From Haliotis rufescens (taxonomy: Eukaryota), in assembly GCF_023055435.1 (NCBI RefSeq), contig NW_025964001.1, positions 43,400,001-43,464,000 on the forward strand: a stretch of DNA of 64,000 nucleotides, read 5' to 3'. This document shows, piece after piece, positions 53,001 through 64,000 of the stretch. The stretch's first letter is position 1, and every line of letters begins with the position of its first letter. The translations under genes and the position numbers were made by a program. The notes below the pieces were generated by a model, which saw nothing but the letters and a program-made list of their open reading frames with translations, searched no databases and had not been told where the DNA came from.

Positions 53001-55705
53001 TGTCCCCCGCCGTGATATTGCTGGAATATTGCTAAAAGCGGCGTAAAACTATACTCACTAACTAATTAACTAAACCCTAATAGTGGTATAACTATAGGTG
53101 TTAGATTATCTACGTAGTTATATATTTATTTTGTGCCCTAAAATTTCGTTTATAAATGTAAACACATAGGTCACAATGACCTGTTTTAGGGATGACAATA
53201 TTGCGGAAGATCTTTTACTCATTTTACTTTTGAGGTTGAACTAAGAATGAACTACTTTGGAATGCCTTATATTGACTTACACCGTATGTCCCTATGATTG
53301 TTCAGATGAATACTTGACTTGCGTTTGCATGTGTTTGTGACTAGACCCATAATTGGGACAGGACAAACTTGCTTTCTTGCGAACACCTGGTATCATCACT
53401 AATGAATAGCGATTCATAAACATATGCTTCTGACATTGCCGTCATCGTACAACATCGACTCTGCTGTAAGCATAGATTTCTTATGATTATGGAAATGGTT
53501 TTCGTTGCTTTTATGTATATGTGTATAAGAATTCATAATAATATTTATATTCATATCTAAAACTCAGATTGAATCCCCCATATGTGTACACCGCTTGCAG
53601 TCCATTCTTGGTGTCATCCTCCGTGACATGGCTGACAAACTCAGACTCACTCACACAAGCTTCCAAATAGTGTTGACATTTAAATCTTCCCGTGGGGTTC
53701 TCTAGCTCACCAGAAACAAGTGGACTGACTTTGCTTACGGGTGCAGGACATCCCTGAGAGCGTGGACAGTTAAATCCAGTATCAGTTGCGGCATTGTCTC
53801 GATGGAACTCGAAGATTTACAATCTGGTGTAATATGCAATGAAGATTTATGACGTGAAAATACATTCAGTTGACTTCACTTCGCGGCCACGTTGGTCCTT
53901 GCACACATTATACTTACTTCAGAAAAGAAATCGATACCCGTTTCTACTCTAGTTTTCAAGATTCAAGGTTCAAGATGTTTATTGTATTCAAGGCGATATC
54001 AATCACAAGACATGAAAATAAATAAATAAATACTCACTCATTATTCACATATATTGGAAATATTGACAACTAATGACAAAAGACATAAATCTTTGCCTGA
54101 TATGTCGTATCCAATACAACCAATATTCAAAGTAGGCACAATTTATGGAAACAACTTCTATATTTTTATTACTAACATTCACTTTGCAGTTCCACTGATC
54201 TCCCTCTTATCATTGACCGTTGTCCCTGTTGCTCGATCAGTCATGTCGAAGATGACGTCCCCGCTGGAACAAGGTAAACAACTAGAGAGACCTATTTCCG
54301 AACATTGCCATTTTCGTTGAATTCAAATATTAACAACGACTGTGTTAAGTTGGCCAAATGTGTAATTGGTGACACGCATGTGTGGTTAATAAAATCCCCA
54401 CAGGCGCTATCTATACTAACAAGCTATCACCGTAATTTATTTCATAAACAGGGCTAGTTTGGTGCTCAAAGGGTGATGTTCCCGAAATAACACTATTGCG
54501 TTTTAATACGGCCGAGTGTACCATCTAGCAAAGTCCTTGTAATTAGCTAACTTTATGGACACAACCTTGTATTTGAACGATANNNNNNNNNNNNNNNNNN
54601 NNNNNNNNNNNNNNNNNNNNNNNNNNNNNNNNNNNNNNNNNNNNNNNNNNNNNNNNNNNNNNNNNNNNNNNNNNNNNNNNNNNNNNNNNNNNNNNNNNNN
54701 NNNNNNNNNNNNNNNNNNACACACTACATACATGGGGAAAAATATCATATTTATACTGGTGTATGTAGTGTTAACATTACACCAAGGATGATAATATAAC
54801 CACATAACCTATTAAATAGTTTACTGCCTGCATGGACAAGATGGCGCACTTAGTTATTTGCCATGTTGTTGCAGGTGCTCTGTTCTCAAGTATTGCCGCC
54901 ATGGAGAGTATCTGTAGCACGCTGTCGGCAACGATGTACCACACCGTCTATCACGCTACTGTTGACTCTTTGAGAGGAGCGGTTTTCATCGTAATGGCCG
55001 GAATCGCAATTATCTGTACTGCTTTTACTATGTAAGAACTATGGCTGATTAACGTTCATGAAATGATTGTTATGAAGAATCATATATAACCCCTTTCATC
55101 AATACAGCTGATCAGTAATTATCAATATTGTTTTTGTTGATAATCTATTGTCCTGTAAATTCACTGTATTGTACCTAAAAGGCTTGTATTAAAAGGTTAT
55201 TCACACAGTATAAACTATTGCTTAAACGATTTATTGTATCGGTATATTGTGATATTAAGCTAACTTTAACTAAATCGATGTGGACACATGTCAAGAAGCA
55301 GTTAGTTGCAATCAGTTTGCTTAATCTGTTTTTGTTGGGCCGGTTGTTTTTTAGTATCTGTATCTTGTAGTGAACTTGATATCACGATACTCCGTGTGTC
55401 CCTACTGTAAGTGTCGCAAGCATTATTCACAAATCTCCACGTCTCTGGTTTTTTGAAAACATATTTTAGAAACGTTATCATACGAAAATTAAAATTAAAA
55501 TATTTAACCGTCATCAGTAATTAGCCAAGGATGGTGGTTACAAAGGCACTAGTGCCTTTGTATGCTTTTATGTGAACATCGTCCTTAGCGAAATCTAACC
55601 GGGTAATTTGGCACTTTCTGTCACGTGTTTGTTTATGTTTGCAGTGTTTGCAGTGCTACATTTTATCACGCGAGTGTGTCCCACATCGGGCCTAGTCATA
55701 AGTAG
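50033..55705 (+). CDS. Gene F: SLC46-family transporter; exons 50033-51170, 54190-54273, 54875-55031; normal last exon missing, predicted replacement exon 55645 (or 55654)-55705
   Basis: The first three exons are intact and in frame. After the conserved last-intron acceptor the sequence no longer matches D/E exon 4 and reads (VCS)ATFYHASVSHIGPSHK*. The 3' end is uncertain. Confidence 0.8.
51235..52892 (+). mobile_element. Non-autonomous insertion with 13-bp IR and terminal hairpin (X2), gene F intron 1
   Basis: ttataatttcata at 51235-51247 and tatgaaattataa at 52751-52763; hairpin arms 52766-52805 and 52850-52888; absent from E intron 1. Confidence 0.72.
52902..53062 (+). mobile_element. SINE family 1 copy
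   Basis: Near-identical to 20660-20831. Confidence 0.88.
54583..54718. other. Assembly gap (N) in gene F intron 2
   Basis: Run of n. Confidence 1.
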
Positions 55706-55812
55706 ATGCGAACTGGAACTGACAGATACTATTTACTAGTTTATCTATTACTGATAGACATCATATGATAGCCTGTGTTGCATTCTTTATAATCTAAGCA
55801 CACAAGGCTGGG

Positions 55813-58800
55813 ATGGAGGACGACAACATTCACTGCGGACGTGAGACAGAACCTCTCATAAAAGATGGCGGCGACCACAACATTGTCCCTGGCAGCCAGC
55901 AGAAAATGCAAATCAGACGTCTGTTCCTCGTTAGTCTCATACTGTTCCTCCATGGCGGTTCCGGTGCCATCCACAGTCCGCTCATGTCCCAGTACTTATA
56001 CCTGCGATATAGCGAGGAGTATTTTCCTAACTCGACGTTTCCGGAAAGGAAGACCTCCCACAGTGAATGTGTTGCCAACAGCACTGCCATGGAGTCCAAC
56101 CTCCAGAAGGAGGTCCAGAGAGAAGCTACCAACCTCAATATGCAGCTGACTCTTGCCACAAGCATCCCTGCAATCTTTACCAACCTGTTTCTGGGAGCCT
56201 ATTCGGACTATTTCGGCCGACGCTTCTTGTTCATGACAATGATGGTGGGCAGGCTGACTAGGGATCTCACGACAGTTGCCATCATCGTCTGGAATCTTGA
56301 CCTTCACTATTTCTTCATCGGGTACGGCGCTGACGGACTGTGTGGGTCATCCTTTACCTTCTACCTAGCGGGGTATGCGTACACAGCAGACATCACCCCG
56401 CCAGCTAAAGTGAGAACGGTGGCACTGGCTGTAGTGGATGCTGCCAGGGGTATAGCTGATATATCCCTGCATATAGCCACGGGTTACTTGATAAAGATGT
56501 ACGGCTACCTGTATCCTTCTGTGGGAATGGCTGCCATGACACTTCTGGACTTCCTTGTGGTGGTGACCCTGCTTCCGGAAACGGTCAAAAGAAGCGGGAC
56601 CTGTATTTCACCCATCACGGCCATTAAAAATGTGTTCGGTTTTTATTTTAGGAAAACGTCCACTGGTAACCGTGACCTATTCTGGATCTGTATTATTGTG
56701 TTCTTGTTTAATATGATAGACAAGCATGGTACAGTAAATATCGAGAACTTGTATATGTTGAGTCCTCCATTTTGCTGGGATTCTGTCAGATTGGGACTCT
56801 ACGGTGCCCTGAAGGACGGTGTCTACTACTTCAGCAGTGTCGTCATCATCAAGGCCCTCCACGTCTGCACCACAGATGGTGTAGTTGGTATCATCGGCTT
56901 CATGTCTGCGGCTGCTTCTAAACTTATAGAAGGCCTTGCTTTTGTGGACTGGATGTTGTATTTAGGTGAGTCATTGTGCTAGGTGGTACAGGAACGGTGG
57001 GCTAGCCTAGTGGTTGAAGCATTCATTCATAACACCGAAGGCCGGGTTCGATTCTCCAAATGTGAAGCCCTTATCTGTTGTACCCTGTCGTGGTATTGTT
57101 GGAATAGTGCCAAAAAATCAATACTCACTCACTCATTAAGTCATTCACTTAAATTCATTGTTGTTTTTTGCATTATAAAAGGACCTCGTCATGATTTTAG
57201 AGCTGTGGCTTGCAAATCTGTGCCTGGGCTTAAGAGATAAATCTAAACATATTGTAAATTCAGGTCACGAGATGAGATAAACATGTTATTTGACAAAAAA
57301 CACCCTCTATATATTTTTATTGTCTTACCACCATCCCCCGACAACCAACCCCATCCCACTAGTAGTGCCTAACATGGGGAACATGGTAAATGAGTTAAAG
57401 AAAAGAAAAACCCATCTGTAATGCAAAAAGCATGCAACCCACTAATAGCCAGATAACATGTATCCGTTATTTTGCCCTTTCTGTCGGATCAGTTCCGGTT
57501 GTGGGGGTAGCATCATCAGCCATCTCCCCAGCCCTCAGGGCTATCCTGTCTCGGATGGTTCCAGCCGAGGAGCAGGGTATGTATGTTCGTTAAGATCTGA
57601 TAAAATTCAATTAAAAAATGTTTGCCAAATTTTCAAACGAAGAACTGAATTCCATGTATATCTAGCAAGCTTAGAAACTGGTTCAGTGTTGGTCATTAGA
57701 AATATGGCATTTCGAGTTAATAGAAAATATGTGTGATACCTTGTTATAGGTGCAATATTCACCAGTATGTCTGTGGTGGAGGCTGTCTGTGATGCAGTAG
57801 GGTCCACCGCACTCAATGTCGTGTATGAAGCAACGTTGAGCGTCATGCGTGGTGCAGCGTTTCTCATCATGGCGGCCTCCAAGATCGTGGCGATTGTTTT
57901 GTTGACGTAAGTAAGGCGTGTGTTTTGGCCTTCCGTTTATATATTTACATTTCATCTCAAGCGCCGGGCAAAAGAAAGTATACACTCTTGTTTGATGGTG
58001 GCTGAAAATGAAACTAACAAGAAATGGTTAGTCGATAATTGATACGGGTATCATAGTTGCGTTGTGTACCTTAAGTTTGCAGAATTTCGTTTTCATATTA
58101 GCGTTTGGAGCTTTTTGCTCAACTCCCATGTTCAAGTGTTTATTTACGTTTGCCCGGTAGTTAACAATTTAAAAGAAGCCGGTGCTCGACAGACTGGAGA
58201 CTATTTAAAAATCTAGGTCTGGAAATATAGATATGAGTGGCGTCCATATCCTTTCAATGTCGGTACAAAAGTCTGCCATACAGACAATGAAACAAATATA
58301 TCCAATACAAGCCATGCAAGTCTATGATGCTTGGCAAGTCTAGATTACTGCAGTTCCGGAGAAAATGAAGAAAGTCTCTTTGCTCCTTTTAATTATATTT
58401 TGTCGACAATTTAACAAATGTTTTTTTTCTGTAAAAATATGGTCATTTCAATTACTATCTAGTCTGTCGGTACATGTGCTGATTTATCAAGCAAGTGATT
58501 AGCAACTTGGTGTTGTAAAATCACCCGTGTGAAGCTGAGACATTGTCCGTGTGTAATTAGAAAACTCATTGACTGCTTGATTGATATTCATCATCGAAGT
58601 TTGCTCGGCACACAAAAATAGTGGTGTCAACAGTGTTTGACACTGACCAAAATTTGTCAGTGGTCTAAAGGACCAGAATATCGAAAACTCTCTACAGACA
58701 CAATGGTGCTGAGCAAAACAGGCTTTAAATCGCAGATACCTTACCATTTTCATGCAACAAGTGAGCGGGCGTAGTTAGAATGAGAAACCAGTCAAGAAGG

Positions 58801-59386
58801 AAACCACTGTACCACACAGAGTTGTTTAGATTGCTGGTTTTACTTGAGTTTAGAGTCGATCTATCGCCGATTTCAAAAGTCATACAAACTTAATATAATT
58901 AAGATTACTTACATAGTCTCTTAAAAAACACTTGACCACCGAACCAGCATTTATATAATTGTCCTGGTCGTTTGGGAAATATACTAGACTCGGACCAGCG
59001 GGCCAGTGTCGAACACTGTGTCAAACGACATAAATCAAATGAGGGGTAACATATTCGCGCCTGGTCCCCTTTTATACATTATAAAACTGTTTGGTAAAGA
59101 AAGTGGATTCAATTCAATCCAAAAATAGTACAAGTCCAGGTGATTAAATCAAATTAGATTTGCATTTGCATAGCGAACTTTCCAATTAACAACCGCTCAA
59201 ATGCGCTCAGACCATGACTGATCTATAGTCTTGAAGAGAATGTTTATTCCTTTTGATATGGTTTTATTCACATTCATTTTCAGTGTGTTTGTGTTCAAGA
59301 CTCGGTCGAGAGTGGTGCCCCCCAAGGACAACCTGTGTGTACAAGGGCGGGATGACCAGGGTATCTCTGACGAGGAGCAGCAGTAG
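55813..59386 (+). CDS. Gene G: divergent SLC46-family transporter, about 498 aa; exons 55813-56965, 57493-57576, 57750-57906, 59284-59386
   Basis: In-frame splice of 1497 nt. Motifs ETEPLI, GAYSDYFGRR, AYTADIT, PPFCWDS, PALRAILSRM, EQGAIFTS; C-terminus DQGISDEEQQ*. Confidence 0.92.
56995..57150 (+). mobile_element. Old SINE family 1 copy at the start of G intron 1; co-duplicated copy at about 36220-36360 after psi-G1
   Basis: Degenerate A and B boxes, tgtgaagccc body and actcactc tail, at the same position after the exon-1 donor in both G and psi-G1. Confidence 0.65.
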
Positions 59387-59999
59387 CTCTCTCCTACAAC
59401 ATCCAGCCTGAGTAAGGATAATATAAAGGATGAACAACTTCTTTATTACAATTAACAGCGACGTTTCAGCGTAGGTGCTAAACACAGTCATCAAGCAAGT
59501 CCTTGTACATATCGCGGGGTCTGTTTTTGTCCCTGACCAGTTTTTGAAGACGGAGTGTCGTTCAACGTATTTATTTGCTTGTAACCTGTAACATGAAAAG
59601 TCAACATCAGAAAGGTGTTGATTACTGTCGACCATCTTGCCAGGCTGAAAGGTGACAACTGAATATTCACATTATACATTATAAATATATATAAGCACTG
59701 ATAGACTAGTATGCATGCTAGAGAGTAATAATGAGATATGAAATATATATAACCACTATAGGCTATGCATACTGGCGCTTTATGATGAGATGATAAGATA
59801 CTGGCGTCAGTCACACTTATAGCGAAAAGTCAGTGATCCATAAAATAGTGATTTGGGTATAATATTGTAGTATGATATTAAACATTTATACATATAGTAT
59901 TCTTCCTTTACTCACTGACTTACATGTTATGCCAGAGCAGTGCTTAGGTTAGTAATAGCGATTAGCGCGGTGTGTACATTTCACACGAACTATTTTTTT

Positions 60000-60165
60000 A
60001 GTGAGTTGGTGAGTATGGTTTTACGCCGCTTTTAGCAATATTCCAGCAATATCGCGGCGGGGGACACCAGAAATGGGCTTCAAACATTGTACCCACGTCG
60101 GGAATCGAACCCGGGTCTTCGGTGTGACGAGCGAACGCTATAACCACTGGGCTACCCGACCGCCC
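60000..60165 (-). mobile_element. SINE family 1 copy
   Basis: Reverse complement of 20660-20831; TSD aactatttttt. Confidence 0.88.
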
Positions 60166-60539
60166 AAACTATTTTTTACTAACTTGAGATGACATTACTT
60201 GATTGGTAATTAACATATAATATATTAGATATAATTGATACACTAGCAAGGAGATGTAGATGTACAGTGAATCTATAAGTGGAGTTACCTGTAACATGAA
60301 ACGTCAACATCGGAAAGGTGTTGATTACTGTCGGCCAGCATACACGGCAGACAGGTGACAATTGAATGTACATTCAGATTAAGCCAAGTACGGGTAGCAC
60401 GTACAACTACTTATATTTACACAGCGGAGAGGCAGCTTTAAGATGGATAAAACTTGAAATAAGGTTGCCATCGACATATCCAGTGCGGGTGATATATGGT
60501 AAACATCCTAACAGGTGAAGCCAGTAGTATAAACAAAAG

Positions 60540-60740
60540 GATTATAATGACTGATTGTTGTCTTTGATCAGTGGAAAGTACGCAGGAGGCATGTAATAGC
60601 TAAGATCACGGATGATTAATGGTTGTAGTCTTTTGATGTGGATAGCGTCTTGGATTTTTCTGATTTTGAAGTCTTTAAGGTTGGTTGTAAGACAAGATGT
60701 GTTTAAATCATGTAGCTTCTCACCGTGCATCTTCCCGAGA
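60540..60740 (-). mobile_element. Penelope-like element 3' remnant (GIY-YIG C-terminus)
   Basis: RKIQDAIHIKRLQPLIIRDLSYYMPPAYFPLI resembles the RKIxEAIxIx4PxxNRDxG..LP..Y terminus of Penelope ORFs. Confidence 0.6.
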
Positions 60741-60756
60741 TAAAGCCGATAACTGA

Positions 60757-61775
60757 CTTTATCATATAATGGGTAGGTTACTCGGCAGGATAAAGCCAAC
60801 GGATAAAAACGATATCCGTTGGGGTCATATGCGGATAGAGATGCAAATATCAAAGGTCAGGTAGGACTACTTTCACTGTTTATAAACAAGCATGGCGTCG
60901 CCCTCGTCATTCGGCGATCGAGTCAATTAACCATCGTGAATCTGGATAAACTACAGGGATACTTGCTATCATTATCAAACGAACAGTCTAATATACTGAA
61001 AATCAGTGTCTAACTGTGACGTAGCAAAGGCATTTTATAAGTTTTGGCAACTTTCGAGATATAAGTTTCGAAACAATTTTGCGAGGGCACGAAGCCTAGC
61101 CAAGCGAGATCAGTAGCCATATCTGTGCTTGTAGACCTCTGTGGCTTGAAACCTTCTCCACAAATCAAAATGGTTGGATTCGGCCGAATATGTTTGAACT
61201 GTTACCTTGTTTCGTTTTGTCGCTGTGTGTACATCTGACTACACTTCTTAACGTTATGAAAGGACAGACCGACTGTCAACAACGTCTGACCGTGGCCGTG
61301 ACGTCTCATAGACCAGAGATAGAGTAGCTTCCCTTTGACAAAGGGCAGTTACTCTAGCGGACAGACCGATGGATTGCCGCGAAAGGCAATTAAAAACAAC
61401 TGTTGTTTTGCCTATAAGTTGCTTCGCCACTGTATAAGAAACAGATTTCAGTTGGAACTATATTGGCTACTGTCACTGTCCGACTGACTAATCACTTACC
61501 CTGTGACGTAATAAATATTAATGCGCACATTCCAGGAAAACTCGCAATGTTTCGGTAATGTTTGTGAGAGAGGGAAAGCGATTTTAAAGCACAGAATTAA
61601 AGAATGACATTATATGATAAAGAGGTTATCACGCTTGTGTGTTTGGGGATGGTAAATATCCTGTATTAGGAATAAATACTATGTATTTAGCTCGCCAAGG
61701 CTCGCTAAATACAATGTTTATTCCTAATGCAGGATATTTACCATCCCCAAACACACTTGCGTGATAACCTCTATA
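60757..61775 (+). mobile_element. Non-autonomous insertion with 15-bp IR and terminal ~150-bp hairpin (X3)
   Basis: ctttatcatataatg at 60757-60771 and cattatatgataaag at 61608-61622; near-perfect hairpin at 61621-61772. Confidence 0.72.
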
Positions 61776-62529
61776 TAAAAGTCCAGTTTCCATCCTTGCG
61801 GAACTAGGCTGGTATTTTGGAGTTACATTTTGGCTGGACTAACGAGTCTATGCACAGTCAAATCAAAATCGCTTAACGAACTAGACATCCGGTTCGAAAG
61901 CAACATGGATTGAAACGTGCAGATTTTGGTCGGCAGCAGGATTTGCAAAGCATGTGTACCGCCAACTAGGCGTCATCGGATATTTTGCAAATGTGCTCAT
62001 GTTTTTAATCAAGGTGCTCAAATGAGTTGATGTACTTTGTGGGGTAAAACCCGTTTTATTACAATATAGATCTATATTATCGATCAGATCGTCTTGATTG
62101 GGCGCCGCCATTTTGTTAGAAGCAAATGCAAGTGATATGAGAGATGGAATCTGATTGGTCAATAGGAGGGGCATAGACTTTTAGAGTCAGTTGACGTCAT
62201 TGCCCCGAGATGATACTCACCGTGTCAGGAAGAATTGTTATGCCTATTGATATTGAACAATGGTAATATTAACCATGTTTAAAGTTTGAGTGAGTTTGGT
62301 TTAACGCCGCTTTTAAGAGTATTTGAGTTATATCACGGCGTGCCAGCTTAATGTGGAAGGAAAGCCCGAAGTGATGCAGGTCTCTGACGTTCACCACTTC
62401 TATGAAACCCACGAACACGAGTAGGGTGCTGACAAACCTAGGAACATACCCATGTTTAAAGAACTGCTACATATTTATTACATCTGTTTAAACATGCAAC
62501 ATTTATGTCGACGCAGGCCGTGACATAAT

Positions 62530-63870
62530 ACCATGCAAACATGTTTCAATTTTAATGGCTTAAAATCATCATTGCAATCAGGATTGAATGTAGGATATTC
62601 TACTGTGTACCTGTCAACTCACTCATATGAATTTATTGAAAACTCATTGGATAATGGTAAGGACATTAGGTCAGTATTTCGCGATATCAATAAAGTCTCT
62701 GATAGAGTCTGGCATAAAGGTATCTTACGTAAATTATATTAAAATGGAACACGAGGCCCACTCTTGGATTGGTTTGAAAGTTATCTAACCAACAGATAAC
62801 AAATACTGTAGTTAATGGAAATAAATCCAGTATTAAGTCTGCACTTGAATGCGTTCCCCAAGGTTCAGTGTTGGGGCCACTTTTATTTTTATGTTTTATT
62901 AATCATATAATTGAAGACATAGACTGTAATATCAATTTTTTTGCTGATGATACTTCTTTATACGTTGTTATTGATGACCCAGTGTCATCAAGTATATGCT
63001 TGGATAGGAATATAGAAATTATATCACAATGAGCTAATGTTTGGAAAGTGAAGTTTAATCCTAACAAAACAGAATCAGTCAATAACATCTATGTCCGACA
63101 TTTTTAATGGAAGGCACTAAGATTCCAATTGTAGATTCTCATAAACACATTTGACTTACTTTGCAAAGTTATGGTCAGTGGCAACTGCATGTTTATGAAG
63201 TTATGACCAAAACAAGCCCAATGGTTAATTACTTAAGAAGTTTCAAATATCCTTTGAATATAAAAAGCCCACAAAATTGTAAAATTCTTATTACTAAAAT
63301 GATAGTACTAAGGACCAAGAACTGCTATTAGAAAAACTATAATTTGATGCCTCAAGAACAATATGTAGATCTGTTAGAGGGGTGAGTCACATATATTTCA
63401 CCAAGTGAAACCACAAAATGGGTGTATTTCACAAAATATTCTGTGATAAAACGTATACTTATCAAGTTTAATTCCTTTAATCATTTCTGTCACTTCCACG
63501 TATGTAACAAGATCATCCAACATACTTCAAATACGTTTATGTCACACGGACAAATGAACGATAATTTTTTCCATCATCAGTGCATGGTTAGAATATGTTG
63601 GATAACATTTTAAGAAGTACTGAATCTTTAACACAAATTAAAAAGAATTAGGAAAAATATATTATTAGCAATGTATATCCTTTATTTCAATGTTATGGTT
63701 CTAGAAACAAACAAATCATTCACTGTAGAATGAGACTCAATTGCAGTGACCTAAATGGACATAAGTTTGATTGTTAGGTTGTTATTGATTCTGAGTGGAG
63801 TTGTGGTCATTATTACAAAGATAATCATCATAATCTATTTCAATGTAAACAGTACACGGATATATGATAT
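62530..63870 (+). mobile_element. Decayed LINE RT, CR1-like clade
   Basis: DRVWHKGILRKL, LDWFESYLTNR, VPQGSVLGPLLF, FFADDTSLY and C-terminal HCRMRLNCSDLNGH; interrupted by stops. Confidence 0.87.
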
Positions 63871-64000
63871 ATGATATACGCGATATAACTTGAATACTGT
63901 TAAAAGCGGCGTTAAACCCAACTCACTCACTCACTCACTCGGTTTGGAAACAAATCTGTCATCTGAAGAAACTGTTGAACAAATAGGATCTGTTCATGCA

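Noticed and set aside
55031-55813. In-frame F-G fusion giving a 24-TM tandem transporter
   Set aside because: The AG acceptors I checked (55644, 55653, 55798, 55806) give either a stop at 55705 or an out-of-frame join to the G ATG.

Overview
Eukaryotic, AT-rich genomic DNA with GT-AG introns and many SINEs. It looks like an invertebrate, probably a mollusc and possibly abalone (inferred from the repeat landscape, not proven). The window holds a tandem array of SLC46-family MFS transporter genes (PCFT/SLC46A1/SLC46A3-like), labelled here A to G. A is a 3' partial on +, B is on -, and C, D, E, F and G are on +. Two decayed copies of G exon 1 lie between D/E and E/F. All genes share a large exon, an 84-nt exon, a 157-nt exon and a short terminal exon; the large exon of A lies outside the window. 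The array records stepwise tandem duplication, gene conversion, diversification of predicted pocket-lining helices, and presence or absence of a lysosomal dileucine signal. A deletion has removed F's last exon, so F's new stop lies about 107 nt from the G start codon. Introns and spacers contain dead Tc1, DIRS, L1/Tx1, CR1 and Penelope remnants, a Helentron-like satellite element, at least four SINE families, and three sequence-unrelated insertions that share a short-IR plus long-hairpin architecture. Two assembly gaps are present. No CRISPR array, rRNA or true tRNA gene was found.
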